Notes under the pieces: generated by a model
Told to the model about the DNA's origin: nothing
Databases searched by the model: none
Seen by the model: only the letters and a program-made list of their open reading frames with translations
In this document: piece by piece, positions 12,603-26,462 of the stretch
Position numbering within the stretch: the stretch's first letter is position 1
How the letters are laid out: the number at the start of each line of letters is the position of its first letter
Assembly: GCA_951406725.2 (NCBI GenBank)
Contig: OX597819.1
Span: 4,030,001-4,094,000 of the forward strand
Length of the DNA stretch: 64,000 nucleotides
DNA from: Octopus vulgaris
Taxonomy: Eukaryota
Direction of reading: 5' to 3'
Program-made: the position numbers and the translations under genes

Positions 12603-14181
12603 AAAACAACGTAAATCAAACATGTTCATAATTAATTTGTATCGAATTGCAGGTGTGTTGGATTCTTGATTAATAATGTTAAAGCCACGTCCTCTTAAGA
12701 AGTGTGATTGTACTTAAAAGACATTCTGCGTTGAATGAATATGTATGTAGAAGTATGTAGAAACATTAAATCTAAGTAATTTGGATAACAGATACAGTTC
12801 TAGTTGTAACAGTAGAAGCCAATAAAGATACTTTTACATGTTCGCTTAGCTTATTAGAAATAGCAAACAATCTAACACCCTGAAATAAGATGGTTGGAGC
12901 TGAAACATTTTATCGCTTTGCTCTATCAGTTCTGACCTGGTCTGAACTACAGCAACAACTAAATTGATGCAAATATGTGCGTATGACAATGACACAAGAG
13001 ATGTAATCTCTTTAGTGTATTTTGGTGTATGTTCCATAGATCTAATGTGTAGGGTAAGCTGGCAGAAGTTGGTACACGATGATCTTTTAAATTTGTGATG
13101 CAAGGGAACGATAATGGCTTTTCTATATTGCTTCAGACAATTATCCTCATTTCGTATGCGTATACAAGAATGCGAATATACATGCACACACACACACACA
13201 CACACACACAATCACTCACTCGCAGGCACACACACACACACACACAGATGCATGGACATACTCATAAAGTGTATTACAGATATACACTCTCGCGAACACA
13301 GATTTTCGAATATAAAATGCAAAACAAGTAGTAAAAATGCTGCTTTACTTATCGGATACCCCCTGTGTGCAAGTTTGTCTGTACATGTGTGTGTTTGTGT
13401 TTGTGTTTTGTGTGTGTGTGTGTGTATGTGTGCGGGTGCGTGTATATGTATAAATATAGTTCTATATGTATGTATGCATGCCTTTGTATTTTGAAATGGT
13501 TCTGTATTTCCCAGTATCCAATGTCTCGTCACAATGCAAACCATTCCAAAAGATTACAGCAAGAATGGAGAATTTCGCTTTTACAAACGATTATTCAGCC
13601 TCTGTTATGTAGAATTGATTGATGAAGGAGAAATTAATTTGAGAGGAGATAAGAATGGAAGAATTAATCAGGGTTTTTTTCTTTCCTTTCCACATAGATA
13701 GATGCGTCCCGAATTGATTAATCCAGGCATTTATTCATGTTGAAATAGCTGTGATTTAGCTACCCAAAGCCATCACCTATTTCCCGTAAAATTTGGAATG
13801 TAACTTGAATGACCATTACCATAAACGATAATGGCACTTCCATAGTAATTGAGCAATGATGACTCGAATACATCTGAGTATAATCTTACATAGTGTAGCA
13901 GGCATGTGCACTAATTTCATGCCAACAAAGATACATTTAAATCTAATTAGCTGAATTCAGACAGAAAAATTGCTGCTAAACAAAAAAAGATTATTCCCTT
14001 AAAATATAATGTGAATTTATACGTAATTTTATTTCGTTTTTAAATATCTATTCTAAGTTTAAATATATTGCGAAAATTCCTCATTAATGTCATGTAGCTT
14101 TCCTCAATTACAAAGATCTAAACACGTCACATTAACGTCAAAACCATAGATTCGCACACACATGCATTATGACGTGTGTAT

Positions 14182-14218
<37 letters not shown>

Positions 14219-14662
14219 CATATATATATACATATACACACACATATACATACATATATACATATATACACACATATACATACATATATATGTGTATATA
14301 CATATATATATATACATGTACACTTACACATACATTTATATAATATATATGAATCATATTACTACAGAGATTTTACGTTTAGGTTATTTTTTTCTTGAAC
14401 CACAGGCATACATAAGACTAGTACTTAACTATGTGTCTCTGGCAGTCTGACGAGAAATCGATCTATCTTCGATTAGAATGCTAGTCATAAGTAATAAGTC
14501 ATAAGTTTGTTAAAACCTGTTAGAAATTTGTAGTTATATATCATATGATTTGAAAATGCTATGAAAAGCACAAGTTCTTTTCTGAAACTCCTGAAATGGG
14601 CAAGGCTTCTATCATACACGAACAAATACTCGCATTGAAAAATACCCGTGTGATCACATCCT

Positions 14663-14895
14663 TATTTCTTTATTGCCCACAAGGGGCTATACGTAGAAGG
14701 AACAAACAAGGACAGACAAAGGGATTAAGTCGATTATATCGACCCCAGTGCGGAACTGGTCCTTAATTTATCGACCCCGAAATGATGAAAGGCAAAGTTG
14801 ACCTCGGCGGAATTTGAACTCAGAACGTAACGGCAGACGAAATACGGCTACGCATTTCGCCCGGCGTGCTAACCTTTCTGCCAGCTCACCGCCAT
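14663..14895 (-). mobile_element. Family B (Meta-like) SINE, full length
   Basis: Matches the 7621-8036 and 47351-47584 copies; flanking repeat TGATCACATC. Confidence 0.9.
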
Positions 14896-15189
14896 TTATG
14901 ATCACATCTTAACAGATATTCGTACCACCAAGTGTTAATACTTACTCGTGGGCTCACGCATCGACAGATATTCGCGTGTTCACGTTTTAATAAGCGTTCG
15001 TGTGTTCAGGCATTAATGACCAATATTTGCTCACGTGACGACACATCATATATACACGTGTTATCATGCGTCAAAGGATACTCACCCAACCACGCTACGC
15101 GTTCGTGAATGTTCATGTGACGACACATTAACAAATATTTCTGGTCCCAACGAATAAATATTTATATACACATACATACTCTCTTAACT

Positions 15190-15592
15190 ATTTTACTCTT
15201 TTACTTGTTTCAGTCATTTAACTGCGGCCATGCTGGAGCACCGCCTTTAGTCGAGCAAATCGACCCCGGGACTTATTCTTTGTAAGCCCAGTACTTATTC
15301 TATCGGTCTGTTTTGCCGAACCGCTAAGTGACGGGGACGTAAACACACCAGCATCGGTTGTCAAGCAATGCTATCGGGACAAACACAGACACACAAACAC
15401 ACATACATATACATATACATATATATATATATACGACGGGCTTCTTTCAGTTTCCGTCTACCAAATCCACTCACAAGGCATTGGTCGGCCCGGGGCTATA
15501 GCAGAAGACACTTGCCCAAGATGCCACGCAGTGGGACTGAACCCGAAACCATGTGGTTGGTTAGCAAGCTACTTACCACACAGCCACTCCTG
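15190..15592 (-). mobile_element. Family A (CORE-like) SINE, full length
   Basis: Reverse complement of the 4215-4655 family. Confidence 0.9.
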
Positions 15593-15623
<31 letters not shown>

Positions 15624-16314
15624 CTGAGCGTTTTTCTCACGTCCGCGTGGTAGAAAGTTAAAATTTTTTAGATTTGGCTTTCGTGGATGCGAAACCTTTG
15701 GTAACTCTATGACCAGAATTTGAGTAATTGTAAGATCTCTTTTTAAGAGATATTCACTCAGGTATTAGCCTAGATCTTTCTGCTCCATAATGAATCAGTT
15801 TGGGATTTAATTTGTTTCATTTTTTTATGTCTCTCTCTCTATCATGTCTGTCAGGGGTGTCACCTGCAGGAGAATCAGAACAGTTACAGATATTCGCAAA
15901 GAGTTGTTGACGTTAGTTATCTTATTCCACGTGTGCATGTGTGTTGGCTCATATGTTTGCATACGCGAGCGTCTTTTGCAAATATAGATGTATTTCAGAT
16001 GATTTTGTCGCTGAATGCATTTCGCATCTTTCAGCTGTAATATGACCGCCTCAGTGTGGAATGGCATTGAATCGCTTTTCTTTTCAATGACACTGTCATA
16101 CAGACAGGTAGTAACCTGCTGACATATTTCGGACAGCTGATCTTGATACGGCTTATATCTTTCACACTGATTTGACATGGCTGACAATGTCTCGCAGTGG
16201 CTCAGAGGCGTCTCATTCTCACACCATCTCTCTCTCTCTCTCTCTCTTTGTCTCCCTCCCATTCTCCCTCTCTCCCTTTCTTTCTCTCTTTCTCACTCTC
16301 TCATTAATTGTCTT

Positions 16315-16479
<165 letters not shown>

Positions 16480-16545
16480 CGCAGCTACGTTATCGACATC
16501 ATTGTTAAGTCTGTTTTATATATGTGAAATAGAGAGATTTGTGCA

Positions 16546-16602
<57 letters not shown>

Positions 16603-17026
16603 CCGAGTTGCAGACCCACATCTATTTGTATATATATCATTGATAATATGACGATGCGGTGACATTCAAAGCACATATGTACAAACATATACCTGGTAAC
16701 TATGTATAATCAACTCGAGTAATGGTGATAGGCGAGTGTATAGAGTATCACATGGAATGAACCTATGTGTATGCGTGTGCGAGAGCACGAATAAAGAAAT
16801 AATATGTGTGTATTGATGCAATGATGTACATGCATATAAACAGTGCTCGAAATATGGATGTTGTGTTGGGTGTGTATGAGTGAAAATTATGTGCCTATAT
16901 GCATTGGCAAAACCAAGTAGGGTAGACGAAAATTGGGCGGAAAAAAACCCGTGTATCAGAATAAGGCTTCAAGTCATCGAATAATTTGAATGAATACTCA
17001 TCGCCGAAACAGAGATCCAATTAGAC

Positions 17027-17116
<90 letters not shown>

Positions 17117-17342
17117 TGCGAAACTGAGTAACACCATTTGGTTGATAACTGATGAAAAATTCAGGATCTTCTGTGTCTGTCTCTCGTCTAGCTGTACTCT
17201 CTGTATACGCTATACGTTTTTTTACCTGTCGTTTGTTTATTTACCATACATTTTTACACACACATTCATCGTCAGTAGTTCATATATCCGAAATAAAAAA
17301 AAAGCCCACTCTAGCAGTAATATATAATGTATCCGGCTATTT

Positions 17343-17402
17343 GAGTCTGATGAGTGGCCTATACAACTAAGAGCTTTACAGGTGCGAAACCAACGGTCAA
17401 TC
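17343..17402 (+). ncRNA. Type I hammerhead ribozyme motif with intact core, within a ~320-bp insert (17115-17435) between (GT)n and (CA)n
   Basis: GAGU - CUGAUGA - GUGGCCU...AGGUGC (stem II) - GAAA - CC/aac/GG - UC - AAUC. GUC cleavage triplet ends at 17398. Confidence 0.65.
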
Positions 17403-17639
17403 TCTGACCGGCCATAATAATCAACTTTCTGAAAATACACACACACACACACACACACACATACACACACACACATCCATATTCACGTACACACACACTA
17501 TACAAGCGTATGTATATAAGTCTAATGTACTTTTCATTTTCCATCCGTGTTTACGAATGTATTGTATATAGGGATGTAGATACATTTCTAGACTGAAGTC
17601 TTTACGTATTTGCATATTAACTCTCTTATATTTTGGCAT

Positions 17640-17821
17640 AAAGTCACCAATTCTGACGAGAAGGAAAGTCGATCACATCGAGTCCAGTACTCAATTGGTC
17701 CTTATTTTAACGACCTCGAAATGATGAAAAGCAAAGTACATCTCTGCGAGATTTGAACTCAGAGCGTTAAGAATCGAAAGAAATTACCTCGGTTCGTTAA
17801 CGATTTTGCCAGCTTGCTACC
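17640..17821 (-). mobile_element. Degenerate family B SINE
   Basis: Remnants CGACCTCGAAATGATGAAAAGCAAAGT..ATTTGAACTCAGA. Confidence 0.7.
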
Positions 17822-18237
17822 TTACTCTTTTACTCTTTTACTCTTTTACTTGTTTCAGTCATTTGACTGCGGCCATGCTGGAGCACCGCCTTTAGTCGAG
17901 CAAATCGACCCCGGGACTTATTCTTTATAAGCCCTGTACTTATTCTATCGGTCTGTTTTGCCGAACCGCTAAGTGACAGGGATATAACACATTAGCATCG
18001 GTTGTCAAGCAATGCTAGGGGGACAAACACAAACATACACGCACACATATATAGACATATATATACATATATACGACGGGCTTCTTTCAGTTTCCGTCTA
18101 CCAAATCCACTCACAAGGCATTGGTCGGCCCGAGGCTATAGTAGAATACACTTGCCCAAGGTGCCACGCAGTGGGACTGAAATCGGAACCATGTGGTTGG
18201 TAAACAAGCTACTTACCACACAGCCACTCCTGCACCT
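17822..18237 (-). mobile_element. Family A SINE, full length
   Basis: Near-identical to 15190-15592. Confidence 0.9.
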
Positions 18238-18614
18238 ATTGTTCATGTATAAATAATGTAATTTGTTGCTCTTCGATTCCAAGTTATGCATGAGGTATAT
18301 GAGGAGCTTTGTGGAATTCAAGAAGTTTCAGTTAGCCTCGTTCATCTCAAACTAAATTCATAATCTCTTTGTCTTTCTGTCTGTCTGTCTCAGTCTTCTC
18401 TCAAAGCCGTTATCGTTGAGAATCATCTCTTCATAGGCTATTCATTCAGAACTGCCACATTAAGTCTGCGACTTGTTGATCGCCATATATTCACATATAT
18501 TCAGAACAAGATTAAAGATACGAAATTAAACACACACACACATAAACACAGCACACACACTCATGCATGTAAATAGGTAGGTGCATATATACGCATATGT
18601 GCATAAGCATGCAC

Positions 18615-18632
18615 CTATTTATATATAGATAG

Positions 18633-18706
<74 letters not shown>

Positions 18707-18810
18707 ATAGATAGATAGATAGAAAAATAGACATACATACATATATGTATACACACACAGGCATACATATATATATATATACATATATTTTTATATATAC
18801 ACACACATAC

Positions 18811-18869
<59 letters not shown>

Positions 18870-19202
18870 CATATATATATGCGTGTGTGTGTATATGTAT
18901 ATATATATATGTGTGTGTGCGTGTGTGTGTGTGTGTATACATACATATATACATACACGCGCATATATGAGCATATGCATCTGTATATAATGCCGGTGCT
19001 TGCCAGCGTCTGTGTGTATGTATGAAATTTCTTTACGTAAGAAATCCATTTATTTTTATGCTTCTCTACCTGAATAAATGGCGACTTTCGCATCGTAGGT
19101 TTCAGGCGTATAAAGGCCGAAAACTGTATTTGTGGGAAGGCATCAAGATATTTAAAAATCAAAGGAATAATTGTATGCCAGAGAAAGAAAGAGAATGGAA
19201 CT

Positions 19203-19264
<62 letters not shown>

Positions 19265-19318
19265 AGAAGAAGAAGAGGAAGAAGAAGGTAGTCGGAAATA
19301 TTAAGAACCAAACAAACG

Positions 19319-19349
<31 letters not shown>

Positions 19350-19350
19350 T

Positions 19351-19384
<34 letters not shown>

Positions 19385-19530
19385 TGTATATGTATGTATA
19401 TGTATGTATGTATGTATGTATATCTATGTATGTATATGTATGTATATGTATGTATATGTATGTATGTATGTATGTATGTATATATGTATGTATATATGTA
19501 TGTATGTATGAATGTATGTATGTTTGTGTA
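18615..19530. repeat. Compound microsatellite block: (TA)n, (GA)n, (TAGA)n, (GAA)n, (TATG)n
   Basis: Seen directly, with short unique spacers. Confidence 0.85.
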
Positions 19531-19853
19531 TACAGAGAGAAACCGTTCATCTAAAGGATATGTATAGAAAATTTTCAAAGATGTAAGCAAAGAATATATT
19601 GAAGTTGAATAATTTAAGACGCTGGCAGTTTGAAGGAAGCCTTGGATAGTGATCCAGAAATTATATATTCTGTGAAAGCAGAGATGTCTTTAGGATTAGA
19701 TGCTTTGATTGTATAATCTTATCCTGATATTTATTGGTGTGGTTTTAATATTTAGATGCCACATAATACTTAGCCTTTATTTTTATATTTTTTGACTAAT
19801 CATTCACACACAAACACATACGTCATAGATATTTTATTTTTACTCCATGTTAG

Positions 19854-19950
<97 letters not shown>

Positions 19951-20223
19951 TGTGCGTGAATATACATGTGTTTATGTGCGAATTTATGAAATGTAGTGTA
20001 TGCTTGTGTGTATGTGTATTGTGTGTGTGTGTGTGTGTGTAAATATGTAATATCCTATTGAAATATCAGTCACTATCTCGCTCTATATATTTCGTTCGTA
20101 GCTTACTGAGTGTTTTATGGAAAGAAAATATCATCCATGAATATTAGTCACTTTTCCCTCATATATAAGGACCTGTCTCCCACTTTATATACATATATAC
20201 ACACATACATACATACATGTATG

Positions 20224-20270
<47 letters not shown>

Positions 20271-20859
20271 GTATGCAGATATACATATGCATATATGCAT
20301 ACACACACACACGCACACTTATATATATATACATAAATACGTATATACATATATATGTATGTGTGGTGGTGTATACATTTATATTGTCTGTGTTAGTATA
20401 ATTACTTTTTATCTGTGCAGTTAGAAGTACGACTGCTCCTGGTAAATTCAGAGCTCCACATAAAATATCATCATCCAGTCTCCTTCGAGTAATGCGGTGT
20501 GGCATTACCGGTTATGATATACACAGGGAATAAATATAGGAACACATGATATACAGAATAAATAAAACACAATATCCAGTTTATACCGTTTCCTTCGTAC
20601 ACGTGCTTAGCCGTTAGCATATTTTCATGCTCTGCAATGGGTTTTCATACTAGATGTGGATGGAGATCCACAAAGCTTCTTCAGGGACACATTATATTAC
20701 GTTACATTGGATTTGTTTTGTATTAACTGATATAATAAAGTGTTTCTCTAAAGAACTATTGTAGATCTGCAGCCAAATGTACTATGAAAGTCCACTGCAG
20801 AAGATTCACCAAACCACAATTATATATATATACCACACACACACACACACATGTCTTGA

Positions 20860-20906
<47 letters not shown>

Positions 20907-20951
20907 TCAATAAATGGTGGGGTTGTGTTGACCGCACGTGGAGAAATGATA

Positions 20952-21084
20952 AGTAAGGAAAAAATTTATTTTAAATGCAGAATGCTCAAATGAAAGAAAA
21001 TTTTATCAATTTTATCAATTTCTCATTTTATTAAAATTTTCTTTCATTTGAGCATTCTGCATTTTAAAAAAAATTTTTCCTTAC

Positions 21085-21085
<1 letters not shown>
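20952..21085. repeat. Fold-back inverted repeat (~54-bp arms) in an insert between two (TA)n tracts
   Basis: AGTAAGGAAAAAATTT..AAATGCAGAATGCTCAAATGAAAGAAAATTTTA and its reverse complement. Confidence 0.9.
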
Positions 21086-21165
<80 letters not shown>

Positions 21166-21380
21166 GTGTATATGTGTATGTATTATTGATATATATATAC
21201 TTAATGAGTGCATTTTGTTTAAACGCGTTTTGGCTGTGGTATGTCGTCTCGGGAAACTCACCTAAGGCTTTAAAACACATAGATTAAGTATGTGACATCA
21301 ATAATAGTTTTAGTTTGTTTTAGTTTTCAACTCAAAATTTAACATCTCCTCCTCTCTCTCTTTCTTTGTTTCTATCTATT

Positions 21381-21422
<42 letters not shown>

Positions 21423-21429
21423 GATTTAT

Positions 21430-21461
<32 letters not shown>

Positions 21462-21782
21462 GTATATTGGTAAAAACGGTAAGATAACAAAAGAAAGAAA
21501 GAGACCTCAATATTATGTAAATCTATGAAGCTACCGTGGACTCTATAACCATTAAAGGCACTGTTTTGCGCTACAAGTCATATTTTTACCAGTGCAAATC
21601 TCTATATTTCTCTATTATATATATACGTGAGTACGTATGTATCCATGTTGTATATGCATATGTATATCATTGGCCATCCGTTCATAGGTAAATTCCAATT
21701 GAAGAAATTGTGTGAGGAGTAAATCGTTATGTATTTCTTTGTTTCTGTTTCCTGTGTATTTTTTTTGAGTAGTGGTTGAAGG

Positions 21783-22013
21783 TACACTTGCAAAGAGAAA
21801 GTAGGAGAAAGTGTGGTAATAGAAGGAGTGAAGCTGTTGAAATTAGAGAGGCAAATCGTTACACTTGCAAAGAGAAAGTAGGAGAAAGTGTGGTAATAGA
21901 AGGAGTGAAGCTGTTGAAATTAGAGAGGCAAATCGTTACACTTGCAAAGAGAAAGTAGGAGAAAGTGTGGTAATAGAAGGAGTGAAGCAGTTGAAATTAG
22001 AGAGGCAAATCGT
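21783..22013. repeat. Three copies of a 77-bp tandem repeat
   Basis: Unit starts TACACTTGCAAAGAG at 21783, 21860 and 21937. Confidence 0.95.
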
Positions 22014-23987
22014 AAAATATTTAGTTTTCTCGAATTTTTGCTTAATTGGGGGTCAAATTGAAAAAACTTTATATGCCGTGACCCAATGGAATGTACTTCG
22101 AAAAGTCATAGGTAAATTCCAATTGAAGAAATTCTATATTGTACAATTGTATTAAAAACAAACTATGTGAGAGGCAGAGAAAATCTGCCTTTTCTCATAA
22201 GAGATTTACATGAATGTAGATGTTTTGTTTTAAATGAGAGAAACATACGCATATGTTGAAATTCCTTGTGAATAATATATGCAGAGGTTTGAGACAAAAC
22301 CCGGAATATTTGGCACCATTTTAATTTTGTTTTTCCTGCGTTCCATTATGATATGGGATATACATTTTATGGATATAAATATTAATAGTAAATATAATAA
22401 TATAGATAAATTTAATTTATATATGCTTACATGTATAAACGTATAGAGCATCTACCATCTCTAAATCTTTACATATATACATAGTGCATCAGTCCATCTT
22501 TTCCAGACTCACTGTACAAAATTTTATAAGTTTGGAGGAGAATTTTGTAGGTCGCGAATTCATAGTTTGATTACTGACTGGATTCATAGAAAACACACAT
22601 ATAGAGATGTATATAAATGTGTGTAAGGATAGATCTACGCACACACGCACACACACACACTCACACACACTCACACACACACACACACACACATACACAC
22701 ACACATATATATATATATGCAATGTGTATTATCTATGTCATCCGATCTTTCATCTAAAAATTATTTTCGTTTAAGTATATAACGTAAACTAGTATCGTCC
22801 AAAATGATATAAATTAAACTAACCTGGAACCACTAACAATTCTGAAATCAAACGTTTAACTTAAAACTCATAAAAGAAATTCCTCCCAGTTAAAATAACT
22901 TCACAAATAAAAACTACAAACAAATATTTGAATCCAAATATAAAAGAATTAAAAACATATTACCATACCTACAAATATGTAGAACTTAATCAGAGCAAAC
23001 CTTAGAAAGATATGCAACAAAAGCAACAAAACTAAGAATACCTTCTTCAGCTGCCTAACGGATATTAACGTGGTTTTGACAACTATATGCAGGAACCTAC
23101 TTCCGACGGTGTCCCAACAACCTTAGAGATATGTAATCTAACGCTGCCTAGGAATATACAAATCTAATATACCTGAATCATAATTACAAAGTGAACCACG
23201 TACAAACTGATTACATAGTTACAAAAAATTCAATGAAACAAATTACGATATTTACAATTACCTAAGTCTGTCAATGTAATCAATAATAACACTTTTAAAG
23301 AATTAACTAAACTAGAAGAAATACAAATTATAGGTTTTAAAAAATTATAGATTTAAAAAATACAAATATATATTAACCTAATCAATATAGAAACACTATG
23401 ACCACAAACACTGACATAAAGATAGTTATGATCAACGGATTGCATACATTAACCAACCATGATCACTTAATCTTACTAGATACACGTAAATATTCTAAAT
23501 CACATATATCTACCGATTGAAACACAACTTGTAGTGAGAAAACATGAACATCCTTAATAACTTACAACATGAAATCGAATTACTAAATACATTATTTAAT
23601 AAACTGAACAATATTTCTACAATCCGGAAACCTTTTCTGACCGTCTATCTTCTATATGTGTCACTGAATGCAGCGAAAGTAGAAGTCATTCTATAAGAAG
23701 CGTCAAGCTAGAATACGTATTGACCATTCAAGACCATAGTTTCTCCCCCTAATCCCATATGCAGTTTTAAAACAATCCAACCGTAAAGACACTCGTTAGC
23801 GAATTCTATGATTTTATAATTCCACGCATACCTAACCACTTACGTATTCATACTTGACATTTAAATTTAGGATCGACTTGCCAGATAAAACTATTCTTAA
23901 TTCATTCAAAAATATCATTTTGTACATCCAGAGTACTCTTGAATTTCTTAATTAATTTTTCAGAACAGCATGGCAGTATGGTATAAG

Positions 23988-24184
23988 CGCGGGCATGGGT
24001 ATGTAGCTAAGAAGTTCATTTTGTGACCACGTAGTTTCGGGTTCAGTTCCACCGCGCGGTCCCTTGGGCATAGCTCATCTACAATAGCCCCGGGCCAACC
24101 AACGTCTTGTGATAAAATTTGGTTGACGTAAATTGTGGAAGCCTGTCGTATATATATATATATATATATATACGTGTGTGCGTT

Positions 24185-24215
<31 letters not shown>

Positions 24216-24360
24216 AGGGGGCAGAGAGAGAGAGAGAGTGTGCGTCTTTGTGTTCGTAATAGCTCGCCACTCACTGCCGTTAGGCCACTGACTTTGACTT
24301 CTTTACGTCCTCTTAAGTGAGAAATTTTGCAAGAGAGACAGCAAGACTAAGAACGAGATT
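23988..24360 (+). mobile_element. Old, degenerate family A SINE
   Basis: GGGTTCAGTTCCACCGCGCGGTCCCTTGGGCA..TCTACAATAGCCCCGGGCCAACC. Confidence 0.7.
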
Positions 24361-25292
24361 ACATACATAACTGCATATACACATGCATGCATGCAAACAT
24401 ACATACATACATACATACATACATACATACATACATACATACATACATACATACATACACACCTACGCACGTACACGAAAACTTAGAGGACAAGCACTTA
24501 TATCAGCAGAAAGTTAAGCGTGTATATATTCCGTAAAAGAGGGAATGTCGGCAATAGTGACAGAATTAGTAGCCCTTCCTGGACTCGAGATAGATAGATA
24601 GATATCTTTGCAGGTTTTATGTTGTATCCATTAGCAGGCGACAGCTATTAACAAGGGAGATAATCATACTTTTGAATCTCGATGTGATAGAAAACTACAG
24701 AACAAAACACAAAAATAATGGCAATTTGTCCATGTCTGAAGATTATGAAGTAGAGCGGTAGGACTTCAAGTGACATTGTAAACCGATGCTTGAAACTGCA
24801 AGGCTTCTTCATCCTGTCTGCGTTTAGTATTTTTAAAATGAGAGTCAGTCCGCGCAATCTGGTTCCGCTCTTTACACTTGACAGTCCTTCTACAGTGGCT
24901 CAGCGCGCTAAGATTGTTGCGCTGACTAGTTTTACATTACTGTGGCCTTCTCCAAGATGAACTACTTTAGAGGGCTGGAGAACTCCACCTACCCAAATGT
25001 ATTCTAATTGAAAAGGTTTACGAGCATCAGTGTGGTGTCTAATTTAAAAGAAGTAATAGAATTATAGCTTATTTTGCAGGAACATTGGTCGAATGAACAG
25101 CAAAGAGATCACTGGGATTTGGATTACTGATTCAACTAATATAGTCCCGTTTATGGTAGATACGTTATAAAAAACAAGGCTTTTCAAATAGTAAAAAAAT
25201 ATTTTTGCGAGCAACAAGATAATTTGCATGTGACTATGTAAATATGATCTGTTCTTAATCATCTGCTGGCCACAAAGAAAACTGAAAATAAA

Positions 25293-25821
25293 AAGGGTGT
25301 CCCAAAAGATGTACTCAGTCTTTGACAGAGGATGTACGGGCTTGCATCGATGCAACAAATCCAAACAAATGGATTGGGAGGAGAGGTAGCGTTGAATTTC
25401 CTGCACGTTCCCCAGACCTTACGCCAATGGATTTTTTTTTTTTTTATAGGGACATCTCAACGATGAGGTTTGCGCTACAAAACCAGTGACAATTCATGAT
25501 TTGAAAAATGAAATTCGAATACGATGTCTTGCAACACCAAATGAAATGTTCTGCAATGTTGTCGAATCCATTGTTGGACGTTTATCAGCTTTGTTTGGAA
25601 AATGAAGGAAGGCAATTTGAACATTTGCGAACACGCAGGAATGGGAGAGAACATTAAATAATTCTAAATGACAATAAATAATCGTTTCTACAACGGTTTA
25701 TTTTCCTGAATTTAATTCAATTTTTTTAGGATTGTATGTATATCAATAAACAACTACTTGAACACAAAATGCATTAGTACTGGGGAGTCAAAGAGGGAGT
25801 ACATCTTTTTGGGATATCCTG
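25293..25821 (+). mobile_element. Internally deleted Tc1/mariner DNA transposon retaining the transposase C-terminus
   Basis: ~30-bp TIRs (GGGTGTCCCAAAAGATGTACTC..TCTTTGAC / GTCAAAGA..GAGTACATCTTTTTGGGATATCCTG) with TA on the right. Translates to KWIGRRGSVEFPARSPDLTPMDFF...IHDLKNEI...ENEGRQFEHL. Confidence 0.85.
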
Positions 25822-26369
25822 TATATTGGATTACGGTTACTTTAGAAAAAAATAGTCTAATTGAAACTGTACCTTCGTATGTGGAAGCTCAGCCAATGGA
25901 AACAGGACTTAAGTACTAATATTGGAAAGTAATGAAATCTGATGTAAACGTAGTAAACTTTGGTATTACAGTTACTGAGTTTATTAATGAAGCTTTCTTA
26001 TGTATGTATGCAATGCTTTAATGCTGTGAGATGCGCAAGATTATTTCACAGAAGCATATCAGGGTTATAAACATTACTATTGTTGCCCTCTGATGTATGA
26101 TAAACACATCAAGTTAGAGATGTAACAATTATAGTTAATAGATGACAAATGCAATAAAATTTTGTACGAATGCGAAGCAAGTAGAGATGTCCTTGAGGTA
26201 ATTAGTTACTTCACATATGAATAAATTTGCACCAACGGGTAGTGTAACTCGCTCTTCATCATAAACCATGCTGTCAGTATCGTTTTTCTTTTTTACTTTC
26301 CCTTTCACAATCCCATGAGTATCTATGTACATGTATGCATGCATGCATGTATACATGTATGAACGTACG

Positions 26370-26462
<93 letters not shown>

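Noticed and set aside
14447-14480. CTGACGA plus hairpin as an HHR (also CTGAAGA at 33368)
   Set aside because: No GAAA after the stem and no stem I or III.
21783-22013. CRISPR-like array (also 52845-52908 and 57187-57283)
   Set aside because: Contiguous tandem units without unique spacers, in a eukaryotic context with no cas genes.
22720-23940. A-rich strand-biased tract, possibly a decayed Penelope-like element
   Set aside because: No translatable motif or complete HHR could be supported.
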